A stretch of DNA of 64,000 bases from Eledone cirrhosa (lineage: Eukaryota). The position numbers were made by a program, and so were the translations under genes. A model generated the notes under the pieces. The model ran no database searches. It was not told where the DNA came from and worked only from the letters and a program-made list of their open reading frames with translations. Where the stretch lies: assembly GCA_964016885.1 (NCBI GenBank), contig OZ024754.1, forward strand, positions 31,682,001 through 31,746,000, given 5' to 3'. Position 1 is the first letter of the stretch, and each line of letters begins with the position of its first letter. Of this stretch, positions 52,578-64,000 are shown one piece after another.

Positions 52578-52778
52578 TGGGCCTGTCAAACATGCAGCCC
52601 TTTACAAGCACACCCGGGGCCCGCACAAAGGTTTTTACAGCGCGAGCATGTTTTATCTTCGTAATATAAAATTTTAAAATTTAGTTGTAATGTGCACAAT
52701 TAGTTGTCACGTGTGACCCTCAGACAACACATAAGTGACCCATGTAGCCCTCGGGGGAACCTCAGTTTGACATGCCTG
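52578..52778. mobile_element. hAT-type MITE
   Basis: Termini ...GGCCTGTCAAAC / GTTTGACATGCCTG followed by CTCTAGAG. Confidence 0.5.
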
Positions 52779-53218
52779 CTCTAGAGGGTTAGTGGAAAGG
52801 ACCAATGATCTGGGATTAACTCTGGGCATCGACGAGGATAGTCTGAACAGACTCTTCCGGAGGACTTTCATCTCAGGGATTATGGACAATTAAAAAAAAA
52901 AAATCCTTGGCCTAACTGTGTTACAGTGGAGTACTTATCAGTTCGAGACAAGATCTATAGGTATGGAAATCCCAACGTACCGAAAGTGTACGAGATGCAC
53001 GCAAAGCGACAAAACCATCCTGCTTGTTATCCCCCAGTGCCCGCGTGTAGGACAGATCCGGCTATGATCCGGTCTGTAGTGACACTCAAACCGCCACCTT
53101 CCTTTAGAAGCAAGTCTTCCATGTCTGGTAGCTGTGGCGGAAGAAGCTCTATGGTGGACATATCTAAAAGGTTTGAGGTCAGGAATCTTCATCTATGGCC
53201 AAAAGCTTTTGCGTGAAG
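52779..53218 (+). mobile_element. Old degraded Tx1-like ORF2 3' fragment
   Basis: Aligns by eye to ~50818-51340 (…TAGAGG-TAGTGGA…GAGACAAGATCTA…GGTGGACA…TAAAAGG). Confidence 0.6.
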
Positions 53219-53364
53219 GGCTCGGCATGCCGTAAATGACAATATGCAAACATACACTGAGGCTACGGCATTTGCAGATATTCCTAAATGGCGGACAGGT
53301 GTTGTTGGTCGCCTTTTGTCAGGCACATCTTTCCGTAACTCGTCTCTTCGGCTGAGTTGCAGCA

Positions 53365-53652
53365 GGGACGTAACTATGCCACGAAACATGGTGTCCGACG
53401 CTCTACCGATTCTGCCAATCCACAACAATAATTGTTTCTACTTTAGGCGCAAGGCCAGCAATTTGAAGGTGAAGGGGGATAGTTGATTAAATCGACCCCA
53501 GTGTATTACTGGTGCTTTATTTACCGACCACGTAAAGATGAAAGGCAAAGCTAACCTCGGCGGGATTTGAACTCAGAATATAAAGGGCCGTAACTCTATG
53601 ATGTAAAGCATGTTGTCCGACACTCTACCAATTACTACCAATCTTCCACCCT
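53365..53652 (-). mobile_element. SINE family 1 (head fragment plus full copy)
   Basis: Same motifs as the other copies. Confidence 0.85.
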
Positions 53653-53700
53653 TAATATCATGCCATCAATAATAACGTTCGACCAAGACAGTTCCGCGTC

Positions 53701-53771
<71 letters not shown>

Positions 53772-53920
53772 GAGAGAGAATCAAACAGAGAGAGTCAAAG
53801 TTTGTTAGTCAGCGTTCGAGAGAGTGAGGCAGGTTACAGTTTTACTGTAAGATAGCGTCGTTAAGATATTTCAAACGAAATATTTAAAAGCGAATTAATA
53901 AATTCAAATAATTGTAATGG

Positions 53921-54008
<88 letters not shown>

Positions 54009-54014
54009 AACCAC

Positions 54015-57000
54015 CTATCTCCCTCAATAATTCTCCATCTCCCTCAATAATTCTCCATCTCCCTCAATAATTCTCCATCTTCCTCAATAATTCTCTATCT
54101 TCCTCAATAATTCTCCATCTTCCTCAATAATTCTCCATCTTCCTCAATAATTCTCTATCTTCCTCAATAATTCTCCATCTTCCTCAATAATTCTCCATCT
54201 TCCTCAATAATTCTCTATCTTCCTCAATAATTCTCCATCTTCCTCAATAATTCTCCATCTTCCTCAATAATTCTCCATCTTCCTCAATAATTCTCTATCT
54301 TCCTCAATAATTCTCCATCTTCCTCAATAATTCTCCATCTTCCTCAATAATTCTCTATCTTCCTCAATAATTCTCCATCTTCCTCAATAATTCTCCATCT
54401 CCCTCAATAATTCTCCATCTTCCTCAATAATTCTCCATCTTCCTCAATAATTCTCTATCTTCCTCAATAATTCTCCATCTTCCTCAATAATTCTCCATCT
54501 CCCTCAATAATTCTCTATCTTCCTCAATAATTCTCCATCTTCCTCAATAATTCTCCATCTTCCTCAATAATTCTCTATCTTCCTCAATAATTCTCCATCT
54601 TCCTCAATAATTCTCCATCTTCCTCAATAATTCTCTATCTTCCTCAATAATTCTCCATCTTCCTCAATAATTCTCTATCTTCCTCAATAATTCTCCATCT
54701 TCCTCAATAATTCTCTATCTTCCTCAATAATTCTCCATCTTCCTCAATAATTCTCCATCTTCCTCAATAATTCTCTATCTTCCTCAATAATTCTCCATCT
54801 TCCTCAATAATTCTCCATCTTCCTCAATAATTCTCCATCTTCCTCAATAATTCTCTATCTTCCTCAATAATTCTCCATCTTCCTCAATAATTCTCCATCT
54901 TCCTCAATAATTCTCTATCTTCCTCAATAATTCTCCATCTTCCTCAATAATTCTCTATCTTCCTCAATAATTCTCCATCTTCCTCAATAATTCTCCATCT
55001 TCCTCAATAATTCTCCATCTTCCTCAATAATTCTCTATCTTCCTCAATAATTCTCCATCTTCCTCAATAATTCTCCATCTTCCTCAATAATTCTCTATCT
55101 TCCTCAATAATTCTCCATCTTCCTCAATAATTCTCCATCTCCCTCAATAATTCTCCATCTTCCTCAATAATTCTCCATCTTCCTCAATAATTCTCTATCT
55201 TCCTCAATAATTCTCCATCTTCCTCAATAATTCTCCATCTCCCTCAATAATTCTCTATCTTCCTCAATAATTCTCCATCTTCCTCAATAATTCTCCATCT
55301 TCCTCAATAATTCTCTATCTTCCTCAATAATTCTCCATCTTCCTCAATAATTCTCCATCTTCCTCAATAATTCTCTATCTTCCTCAATAATTCTCCATCT
55401 TCCTCAATAATTCTCCATCTTCCTCAATAATTCTCCATCTTCCTCAATAATTCTCTATCTTCCTCAATAATTCTCCATCTTCCTCAATAATTCTCCATCT
55501 TCCTCAATAATTCTCTATCTTCCTCAATAATTCTCCATCTTCCTCAATAATTCTCCATCTCCCTCAATAATTCTCCATCTTCCTCAATAATTCTCCATCT
55601 TCCTCAATAATTCTCTATCTTCCTCAATAATTCTCCATCTTCCTCAATAATTCTCCATCTCCCTCAATAATTCTCCATCTTCCTCAATAATTCTCCATCT
55701 CCCTCAATAATTCTCCATCTTCCTCAATAATTCTCCATCTTCCTCAATAATTCTCCATCTCCCTCAATAATTCTCCATCTCCCTCAATAATTCTCCATCT
55801 CCCTCAATAATTCTCCATCTTCCTCAATAATTCTCCATCTCCCTCAATAATTCTCCATCTTCCTCAATAATTCTCCATCTCCCTCAATAATTCTCCATCT
55901 TCCTCAATAATTCTCTATCTTCCTCAATAATTCTCCATCTCCCTCAATAATTCTCCATCTTCCTCAATAATTCTCTATCTTCCTCAATAATTCTCCATCT
56001 CCCTCAATAATTCTCCATCTTCCTCAATAATTCTCCATCTCCCTCAATAATTCTCCATCTTCCTCAATAATTCTCCATCTTCCTCAATAATTCTCCATCT
56101 CCCTCAATAATTCTCCATCTCCCTCAATAATTCTCCATCTCCCTCAATAATTCTCCATCTTCCTCAATAATTCTCCATCTCCCTCAATAATTCTCCATCT
56201 TCCTCAATAATTCTCCATCTCCCTCAATAATTCTCCATCTTCCTCAATAATTCTCTATCTTCCTCAATAATTCTCCATCTCCCTCAATAATTCTCCATCT
56301 TCCTCAATAATTCTCTATCTTCCTCAATAATTCTCCATCTCCCTCAATAATTCTCCATCTTCCTCAATAATTCTCCATCTCCCTCAATAATTCTCCATCT
56401 TCCTCAATAATTCTCTATCTTCCTCAATAATTCTCCATCTCCCTCAATAATTCTCCATCTTCCTCAATAATTCTCTATCTTCCTCAATAATTCTCCATCT
56501 TCCTCAATAATTCTCTATCTTCCTCAATAATTCTCCATCTCCCTCAATAATTCTCCATCTTCCTCAATAATTCTCTATCTTCCTCAATAATTCTCCATCT
56601 CCCTCAATAATTCTCCATCTTCCTCAATAATTCTCCATCTCCCTCAATAATTCTCCATCTTCCTCAATAATTCTCTATCTTCCTCAATAATTCTCCATCT
56701 CCCTCAATAATTCTCTATCTTCCTCAATAATTCTCCATCTCCCTCAATAATTCTCCATCTTCCTCAATAATTCTCTATCTTCCTCAATAATTCTCCATCT
56801 CCCTCAATAATTCTCCATCTCCCTCAATAATTCTCCATCTCCCTCAATAATTCTCTATCTTCCTCAATAATTCTCCATCTCCCTCAATAATTCTCCATCT
56901 TCCTCAATAATTCTCCATCTCCCTCAATAATTCTCCATCTCCCTCAATAATTCTCCATCTCCCTCAATAATTCTCTATCTTCCTCAATAATTCTCCATCT

Positions 57001-57256
57001 CCCTCAATAATTCTCCATCTTCCTCAATAATTCTCCATCTCCCTCAATAATTCTCCATCTCCCTCAATAATTCTCCATCTTCCTCAATAATTCTCCATCT
57101 CCCTCAATAATTCTCCATCTCCCTCAATAATTCTCCATCTCCCTCAATAATTCTCTATCTTCCTCAATAATTCTCCATCTCCCTCAATAATTCTCCATCT
57201 CCCTCAATAATTCTCCATCTTCCTCAATAATTCTCCATCTGCCTCAATAATTCTCT
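54015..57256. repeat. 20-bp minisatellite (about 162 copies) (T/C)CCTCAATAATTCTC(C/T)ATCT
   Basis: Strict 20-bp phase with only two variable positions, apart from one terminal variant. Confidence 0.97.
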
Positions 57257-57390
57257 TCAATGTCTTGCGAAGTCTTCCGCGTGTGTGCTTCCCATTAGTA
57301 GTGGTCTTCCATTGTAAAGTTTTGTAGCGGGTCCGTTGCCTCTCATGACTTGACCTACAAGTTGAAGACACTCATGACTAATGGCTAATG
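57240..57390 (-). pseudogene. RTE-like LINE C-terminal fragment abutting the minisatellite
   Basis: ...QVMR...KTLQWKTTTNGKHTRGRLRKTLKRIIE, resembling the GKRxRGRPxxTWxRxxE motif. Confidence 0.55.
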
Positions 57391-57409
57391 GGCGGCAGGT
57401 TGCCGTAGA

Positions 57410-58192
57410 GCAGGGGTGGGCAAACCTTTTGGATCGGGGACCACATTGACTGGGTCATGAACACCAGATGCCGCACCATTTATTATTGGATATAGTGTAC
57501 CAGTAACCTTACGGTAGAAATGATATAATAGTGTATTAAATATCAAATGATACATATCTATGAATATATTAAAATTATATTTATACATAGTATATATCAT
57601 TATTTATTATATTTAATGGCGGTGGATTGTATATAAGGGAGGTGGATTGGCAGTATCGGTAGAGAGTCGGACACCATGCTTTCCAGCATAGTTACGTCCC
57701 TTTACGATCTGAGTTCAAATCCCGCCGAGGTTGACTTTGCCTTTCATCCTTACGGGGTCGATAAAATAAAGTACCAGTAATACACTGAGTAATTGCTGGC
57801 CTTGTGCCTAAAGTAGAAACAATTATTTATTATATTTAATGGCGGTGGATTGTATATCAGGGAGGTGGATTAGCAGTATCGGTAGAGAGTCGGACACCAT
57901 GCCTTGAAGCATAGAGTTACGTCCCTTTATGATCTGAGTTCAAATCCCGCCGAGGGTTAACTTTGCCTTTCATCCTTACGGGGTCGATAAAATAAAGTAC
58001 CAGTAATGCACTGGGTTTGCTGGCCTTGTGCCTAAAATAGAAACAATTATTTATTATATATAAATTAACGGTTTAATTTATTTTATTTACAATTTGTGTA
58101 TAGGCAGGTCCCTCTGGAAATAGGGTTGGGGGGCTGAGGGTATTACATGGCCGAAACGGGGGTTGGTGGCCCCAAAAATTTGAGAACCTCTG
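57410..58192. mobile_element. hAT-like MITE ends enclosing two tandem SINE copies (57641-57825, 57863-58048, + strand)
   Basis: CAGGGGTGGGCAAAC at left and TTTGAGAACCTCTG at right (imperfect TIR, poor TSD); the SINE plus its upstream spacer is duplicated with ~223-bp period. Confidence 0.55.
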
Positions 58193-58261
58193 GTCTAGAC
58201 GAAGTGCAAAAGATCATAAGAAGAGTTAGTAAAAGGATGTCTTTAGCCACCCTTTCCGGTT

Positions 58262-59461
58262 CTATGCACACGCACATACATACATACACACATACACACA
58301 CACATACATACACACATACATACATATACACACGCATACATACATACATACATACATATACACACGCATACATACATACATACATACATACATACATACA
58401 TACATACATACATACACACACATACATACACATACACACGCATACATACATACATACATACATACAAACATACAAACATACATACATACATACATACATA
58501 CATACACACATACACACACACACATTGTTGACACATTTACTGCTGTGTTGTAGTAAAGACAGAAACAATTATTACATACCAGTGTGGGGGTTCCCTCCCT
58601 TTAGTCTTATAAAAGATGATTTAATTACTGTATTGGTAATAACATAACTGCTGCCATACCTCACCGCCACCACCACCACCATCACCAGCACCGCCATCAC
58701 CAACACCGCTGCCATACCTCCCCACCATACTCGCCATCACCATCATCATAACCACCACCACCACCACCACAACCACCACCATCATAACCACCATCACCAC
58801 CACCATCATAACCCCCACCACCACCACCATCATAACCCCCCCCCACACACACACACGCCACCATACCTCCCCCCACCATCATAACCCCCACGACCACCAC
58901 TATCATAACCCCCACGACCACCACCATCATAACCCCCTCCATCATAACCCCCACCACCACCACAACACCCCACCATCATAACCCCTCAGCATCATACCCC
59001 CCCCCATCACAACCACCACCACCACCACCGTCAATAATCCCACCCCCACCATCATAGCCCCCACCACCATCACCATCATAACTCCCACCACCACCACCGT
59101 CATAACTCCCACCCCCACCATCATAACCCCCACCACCATCACCATCATAACCCCCACCCCACCAACACCATCATAACCCCCACCGCCATCATCATCATAA
59201 CAACCCCCACCATCATAACCATCATCATCATTATCATCATTTACTTCAGTGTATGGTGAAACAAATGTGGAATCGTTAAAACAAATAAATAAAAATATCC
59301 ACTGAAAGACCACACACATTCTCGTCCGCACACACACACACACACACACACGCACACACGCACACACACACACACACGCACACGCACACGCACGCACACA
59401 CACACACACACACACGCACGCACACGCACACACACGCACACACACACACACACACACGCAC

Positions 59462-59503
<42 letters not shown>

Positions 59504-60300
59504 ACGCACGCACACACACACACACACACACGCACGCACACGCACACGCACGCACACACACACACATACACACACGCACACACGCACACGCACACGCACA
59601 CGCACGCACACGCGCACACATACATACATATATATATACATATATATACACACATATATACATATATATACACATATATACATATATACATATATATACA
59701 TATATATACACATATATACATACATATATACATATATATACATATATATACACATATATACATACATATATACATATATATACACATATATACATATATA
59801 TACACATATATACATACATATATACATATATATACACATATATACATATATATACACATATATACATACATATATACATATATACACACATATATACATA
59901 TATACACACATATATACATATATATACACATATATACATACATATATACATATATACACACATATATACATATATATACACATATATACACACATATATA
60001 CACATATATACATACATATATACATATATATACACATATATACATATATATACACATATATTCATTCATATATACATATATACACACATATATACATATA
60101 TATACACATATATACATACATATATACATATATATACATATATATATACATATATATACACATATATACATATATATACACATATAAACATACATATATA
60201 CATATATACACACATATATACATATATACACACATATATACATATATATACACATATATACATACATATATACATATATATACATATATATATATATACA
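58262..60300. repeat. (ACAT)n, (CAC/CAT)n, (CA)n and (AT/AC) compound microsatellites
   Basis: Direct reading; short unique spacers at ~58525-58660 and ~59240-59325. Confidence 0.9.
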
Positions 60301-60362
60301 CCCAGGCACACAGGGGCTCGCGGAAACCCCCAAACAGCATGTACAGAAATATCATAACAGAA

Positions 60363-62211
60363 TTGTTTCTACTTTTGGCACAAGGCCAGCAATCAGTATA
60401 TTACTGGTACTTTATTTTACCAGCACCAGTATATTACTGGTACTTTATTTTACCAGCAATCAGTACATTACTGGTACTTTATTTTACCAGCACCAGTATA
60501 TTACTGGTACTTTATTTTACCAGCACCAGTATATTACTGGTACTTTATTTTACCAGCAATCAGTATATTACTGGTACTTTATTTTACCAGCACCAGTATA
60601 TTACTGGTACTTTATTTTACCAGCACCAGTATATTACTGGTACTTTATTTTACCAGCAATCAGTATATTACTGGTACTTTATTTTACCAGCAATCAGTAT
60701 ATTACTGGTACTTTATTTTACCAGCACCAGTATATTACTGGTACTTTATTTTACCAGCACCAGTATATTACTGGTACTTTATTTTACCAGCACCAGTATA
60801 TTACTGGTACTTTATTTTACCAGCAATCAGTATATTACTGGTACTTTATTTTACCAGCACCAGTATATTACTGGTACTTTATTTTACCAGCAATCAGTAT
60901 ATTACTGGTACTTTATTTTACCAGCACCAGTATATTACTGGTACTTTATTTTACCAGCACCAGTATATTACTGGTACTTTATTTTACCAGCACCAGTATA
61001 TTACTGGTACTTTATTTTACCAGCACCAGTATATTACTGGTACTTTATTTTACCAGCACCAGTATATTACTGGTACTTTATTTTACCAGCACCAGTATAT
61101 TACTGGTACTTTATTTTACCAGCACCAGTATATTACTGGTACTTTATTTTACCAGCAATCAGTACATTACTGGTACTTTATTTTACCAGCAAACAGTACA
61201 TTACTGGTACTTTATTTTACTAGCCATCAGTACATTACTGGTACTTTATTTTACCAGCCATCAGTATATTACTGGTACTTTATTTTACCAGCAATCAGTA
61301 CATTACTGGTACTTTATTTTACCAGCATCAGTACATTACTGGTACTTTATTTTACCAGCCATCAGTATATTACTGGTACTTTATTTTACCAGCAAACAGT
61401 ACATTACTGGTACTTTATTTTACCAGCAAACAGTACATTACTGGTACTTTATTTTACCAGCCATCAGTATATTACTGGTACTTTATTTTACCAGCAAACA
61501 GTACATTACTGGTACTTTATTTTACCAGCCATCAGTATATTACTGGTACTTTATTTTACCAGCAAACAGTACATTACTGGTACTTTATTTTACCAGCAAA
61601 CAGTACATTACTGGTACTTTATTTTACCAGCAAACAGTACATTACTGGTACTTTATTTTACCAGCCATCAGTATATTACTGTTACTTTATTTTACCAGCA
61701 ATTAGTACATTACTGGTACTTTATTTTACTAGCCATCAGTACATTACTGGTACTTTATTTTACCAGCCATCAGTATATTACTGTTACTTTATTTTACCAG
61801 CAATCAGTACATTACTGGTACTTTATTTTACTAGCCATCAGTACATTACTGGTACTTTATTTTACCAGCCATCAGTATATTACTGTTACTTTATTTTACC
61901 AGCAATCAGTACATTACTGGTACTTTATTTTACTAGCCATCAGTACATTACTGGTACTTTATTTTACCAGCCATCAGTATATTACTGGTACTTTATTTTA
62001 CCAGCAATCAGTACATTACTGGTACTTTATTTTACTAGCCATCAGTACATTACTGGTACTTTATTTTACCAGCAATCAGTACATTACTGGTACTTTATTT
62101 TATCGACCCCGTAACTTAATCTCGACGGGATTTGAACTCAGAAGGTAAAGGGCCATAACCCTATGCTGAAAATCATCGTGTCTGACGCTCTACCGATACA
62201 GCCAATCCATC
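60363..62211 (-). mobile_element. SINE family 1 copy split by an internal 33/34-bp tandem expansion
   Basis: SINE tail at 60363-60390 (TTGTTTCTACTTTTGGCACAAGGCCAGC); SINE resumes at 62101 (TATCGACCCC...GATTTGAACTC...GCCAATCC). Confidence 0.9.
60387..62100. repeat. 33/34-bp minisatellite (about 51 copies) CAGCA(C/AT)CAGTA(T/C)ATTACTGGTACTTTATTTTAC
   Basis: Tandem unit is a copy of the SINE core segment. Confidence 0.95.
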
Positions 62212-62347
62212 ACCATAGGGTCTATGTAATATCTGTTCTTAATGACGTCATTAGCTACTATAATAAGCTAGTGACGTTGGCGAAACTTTGAAGTAAACAG
62301 TCACCATTAATAACAAAGATTTAAACACACATACATATACATAATGC

Positions 62348-62425
<78 letters not shown>

Positions 62426-62613
62426 AAATATGCACACACACATACATAAATGCCTTCTACAGGACTAGAACTGTTTCATTCGAAGGAAATCATTATTTCG
62501 AATGAAACAGTTCTATTCCTGTAGAAGCTATTTCTATATTTAATTTTGAATATACTCTACTAATGTATTGAGAACCTTACTTACTGTGGCTACCCTCGAT
62601 TGAACCTGGGACT

Positions 62614-62645
<32 letters not shown>

Positions 62646-62648
62646 GAT

Positions 62649-62701
62649 GAGATTCTACAGGACTAGAACTGTTTCATTCTTTAGAAATCATCAGGAATCT
62701 C
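62649..62701 (-). ncRNA. Type I hammerhead motif (minus arm of palindrome)
   Basis: GAGATTC-CTGATGA-tTTCtaaaGAAt-GAAA-CAG ttctagtc CTG-TA-GAATCTC. Confidence 0.8.
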
Positions 62702-62702
62702 T

Positions 62703-62755
62703 GAGATTCCTGATGATTTCTAAAGAATGAAACAGTTCTAGTCTTGTAGAATCTC
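62703..62755 (+). ncRNA. Type I hammerhead motif (plus arm of palindrome)
   Basis: GAGATTC(62703)-CTGATGA(62710)-stem II-GAAA(62729)-CAG...TTG-TA(62747)-GAATCTC; a related fold-back with truncated cores lies at ~62454-62530. Confidence 0.8.
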
Positions 62756-62836
62756 ATCTATATTAAAACTTTTATACTCTGCAATGTATTGAGTACCTTA
62801 CTTACTGTGGTTACCTCCGATTCAACCCGGAATAAC

Positions 62837-62884
<48 letters not shown>

Positions 62885-63073
62885 ATACTTGGGGAGGGTC
62901 ATATTGTTATAATATTGCCAGAAATAATAACAGAACACTCTCACTGTTTGGTTTGGGTTTCTTTTCGCTTCTGTATCTTTTATATCTCCATAGTTAATTT
63001 ATTTGGCAATCAATGTTTATCATTGATTGACCAGCGGTTAAAAATACAGATATATATATATATATATAGAGTC

Positions 63074-63117
63074 TATCAAAGTTCTTTCGTCGCACATCTG
63101 TGACATCATCGGTGGTA
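63074..63117 (-). ncRNA. Degenerate minimal hammerhead, same family as 49749-49791
   Basis: TACCA-CCGATGA-tGTCACAgatgTGCGAC-GAAA-GAAC-TT-TGATA; U4 to C core change. Confidence 0.5.
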
Positions 63118-63295
63118 CTATTATGTTTCCTCCAATTAAACATATATATATATATATATATACGTGTGTGTGTGTGTGTGTATTTTAATAAATATTTGCT
63201 CTACGTCTTTATATATATTTATATATATATTATCCTTATCGAGCCCTCTTCGGATTTTAGTCTTCACATTTATTATTATTAATATTATTTTTATT

Positions 63296-63335
<40 letters not shown>

Positions 63336-64000
63336 AATATATATACACATGCAAGTTTACTTGTGTGTGTATGTTGAGAGAGAGAAAAGCAGTTTTTTGT
63401 TGTTTTTACCATTTTTGTTGTTTTTTTTGGTTAGCTTTCTGTTGAAATTTTAGGATAATGTCAGATTTTCTTTTGTTATTTCTGATCTAACGATGTCTAT
63501 TTTGAGAGGAATCTAACATCGAAAGCAACAAACAATTCCGCTGAGACAGAGCCAGGAATCCTGCGATAAAAAAAAAGTCATCATAACTATAAGACCCACC
63601 TCCTGCTCTCACCACCACCACCGCCGCCGACCTTGTTTTTTTTTTGTAAAATAACAGAGAAGGGGTTTATTGGTAGGCAATAAAGACAACACTGTAATTT
63701 GAACTTTCAAATAAATGTAGGGCTTTGGCAGTAAACATCAGAAATGACACAACACAACACAAAACACAGAAGACATTAGTTAGGGTTTCTCACTAGGTGG
63801 GTAGGAGTTGTTCTCTCTTGTATGCAGAGCTGGGGTTACCATTAAGGCCTACTAGGCAGCCAACTAAGGCACATAAATCTCAGAGTCACATTGTATGTAC
63901 GTATGTAAGTATGGATCTGTAACTCCTGGGGAGTCGTTGGGGACGCCATATTAACATACAAAGTTTCTAGGGCATTTTAAAACCTCACAGAGCCCTCGTC

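Noticed and set aside
60339-61223. 294-aa repetitive hydrophobic ORF
   Set aside because: Translation of the SINE-derived 33-bp minisatellite.
43579-62100. Regular 62-, 20- and 33-bp repeats as CRISPR-like arrays
   Set aside because: Units are directly tandem with no unique spacers, there are no cas genes, and the context is eukaryotic.

Overview
Eukaryotic, AT-rich, repeat-saturated intronic or intergenic DNA with no intact host gene. The SINE types and the dense (TA)n, (CA)n and trinucleotide satellites suggest a coleoid cephalopod, probably Octopus; this is an inference. All very long ORFs are translations of simple repeats. Recognisable content: a near full-length but frameshifted Tx1/L1-clade LINE inside a (GACA)n tract; Tx1 and Dong/R4 fragments clustered in an (ATT)n tract; RTE, Penelope (GIY-YIG), mariner and Helitron remnants; a complete non-autonomous Helitron; MITEs; roughly 20 tRNA-SINE copies or fragments; and several minisatellites, two of them seeded inside retroelements. 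The main signal is a set of short non-coding elements embedded in (TA)n. Many carry type I hammerhead ribozyme motifs and fold-back inversions that break at the ribozyme. One ~500-bp direct-repeat family (17.3, 42.8 and 48.6 kb) holds a ~100-nt RNA with compensatory base changes. It has a double pseudoknot, a canonical kink-turn, and the hammerhead core nucleotides (NUH, GAAA, CUGANGA) in a non-cyclic strand order, making it a candidate new ribozyme architecture. All structures were derived by eye and need computational and biochemical tests.
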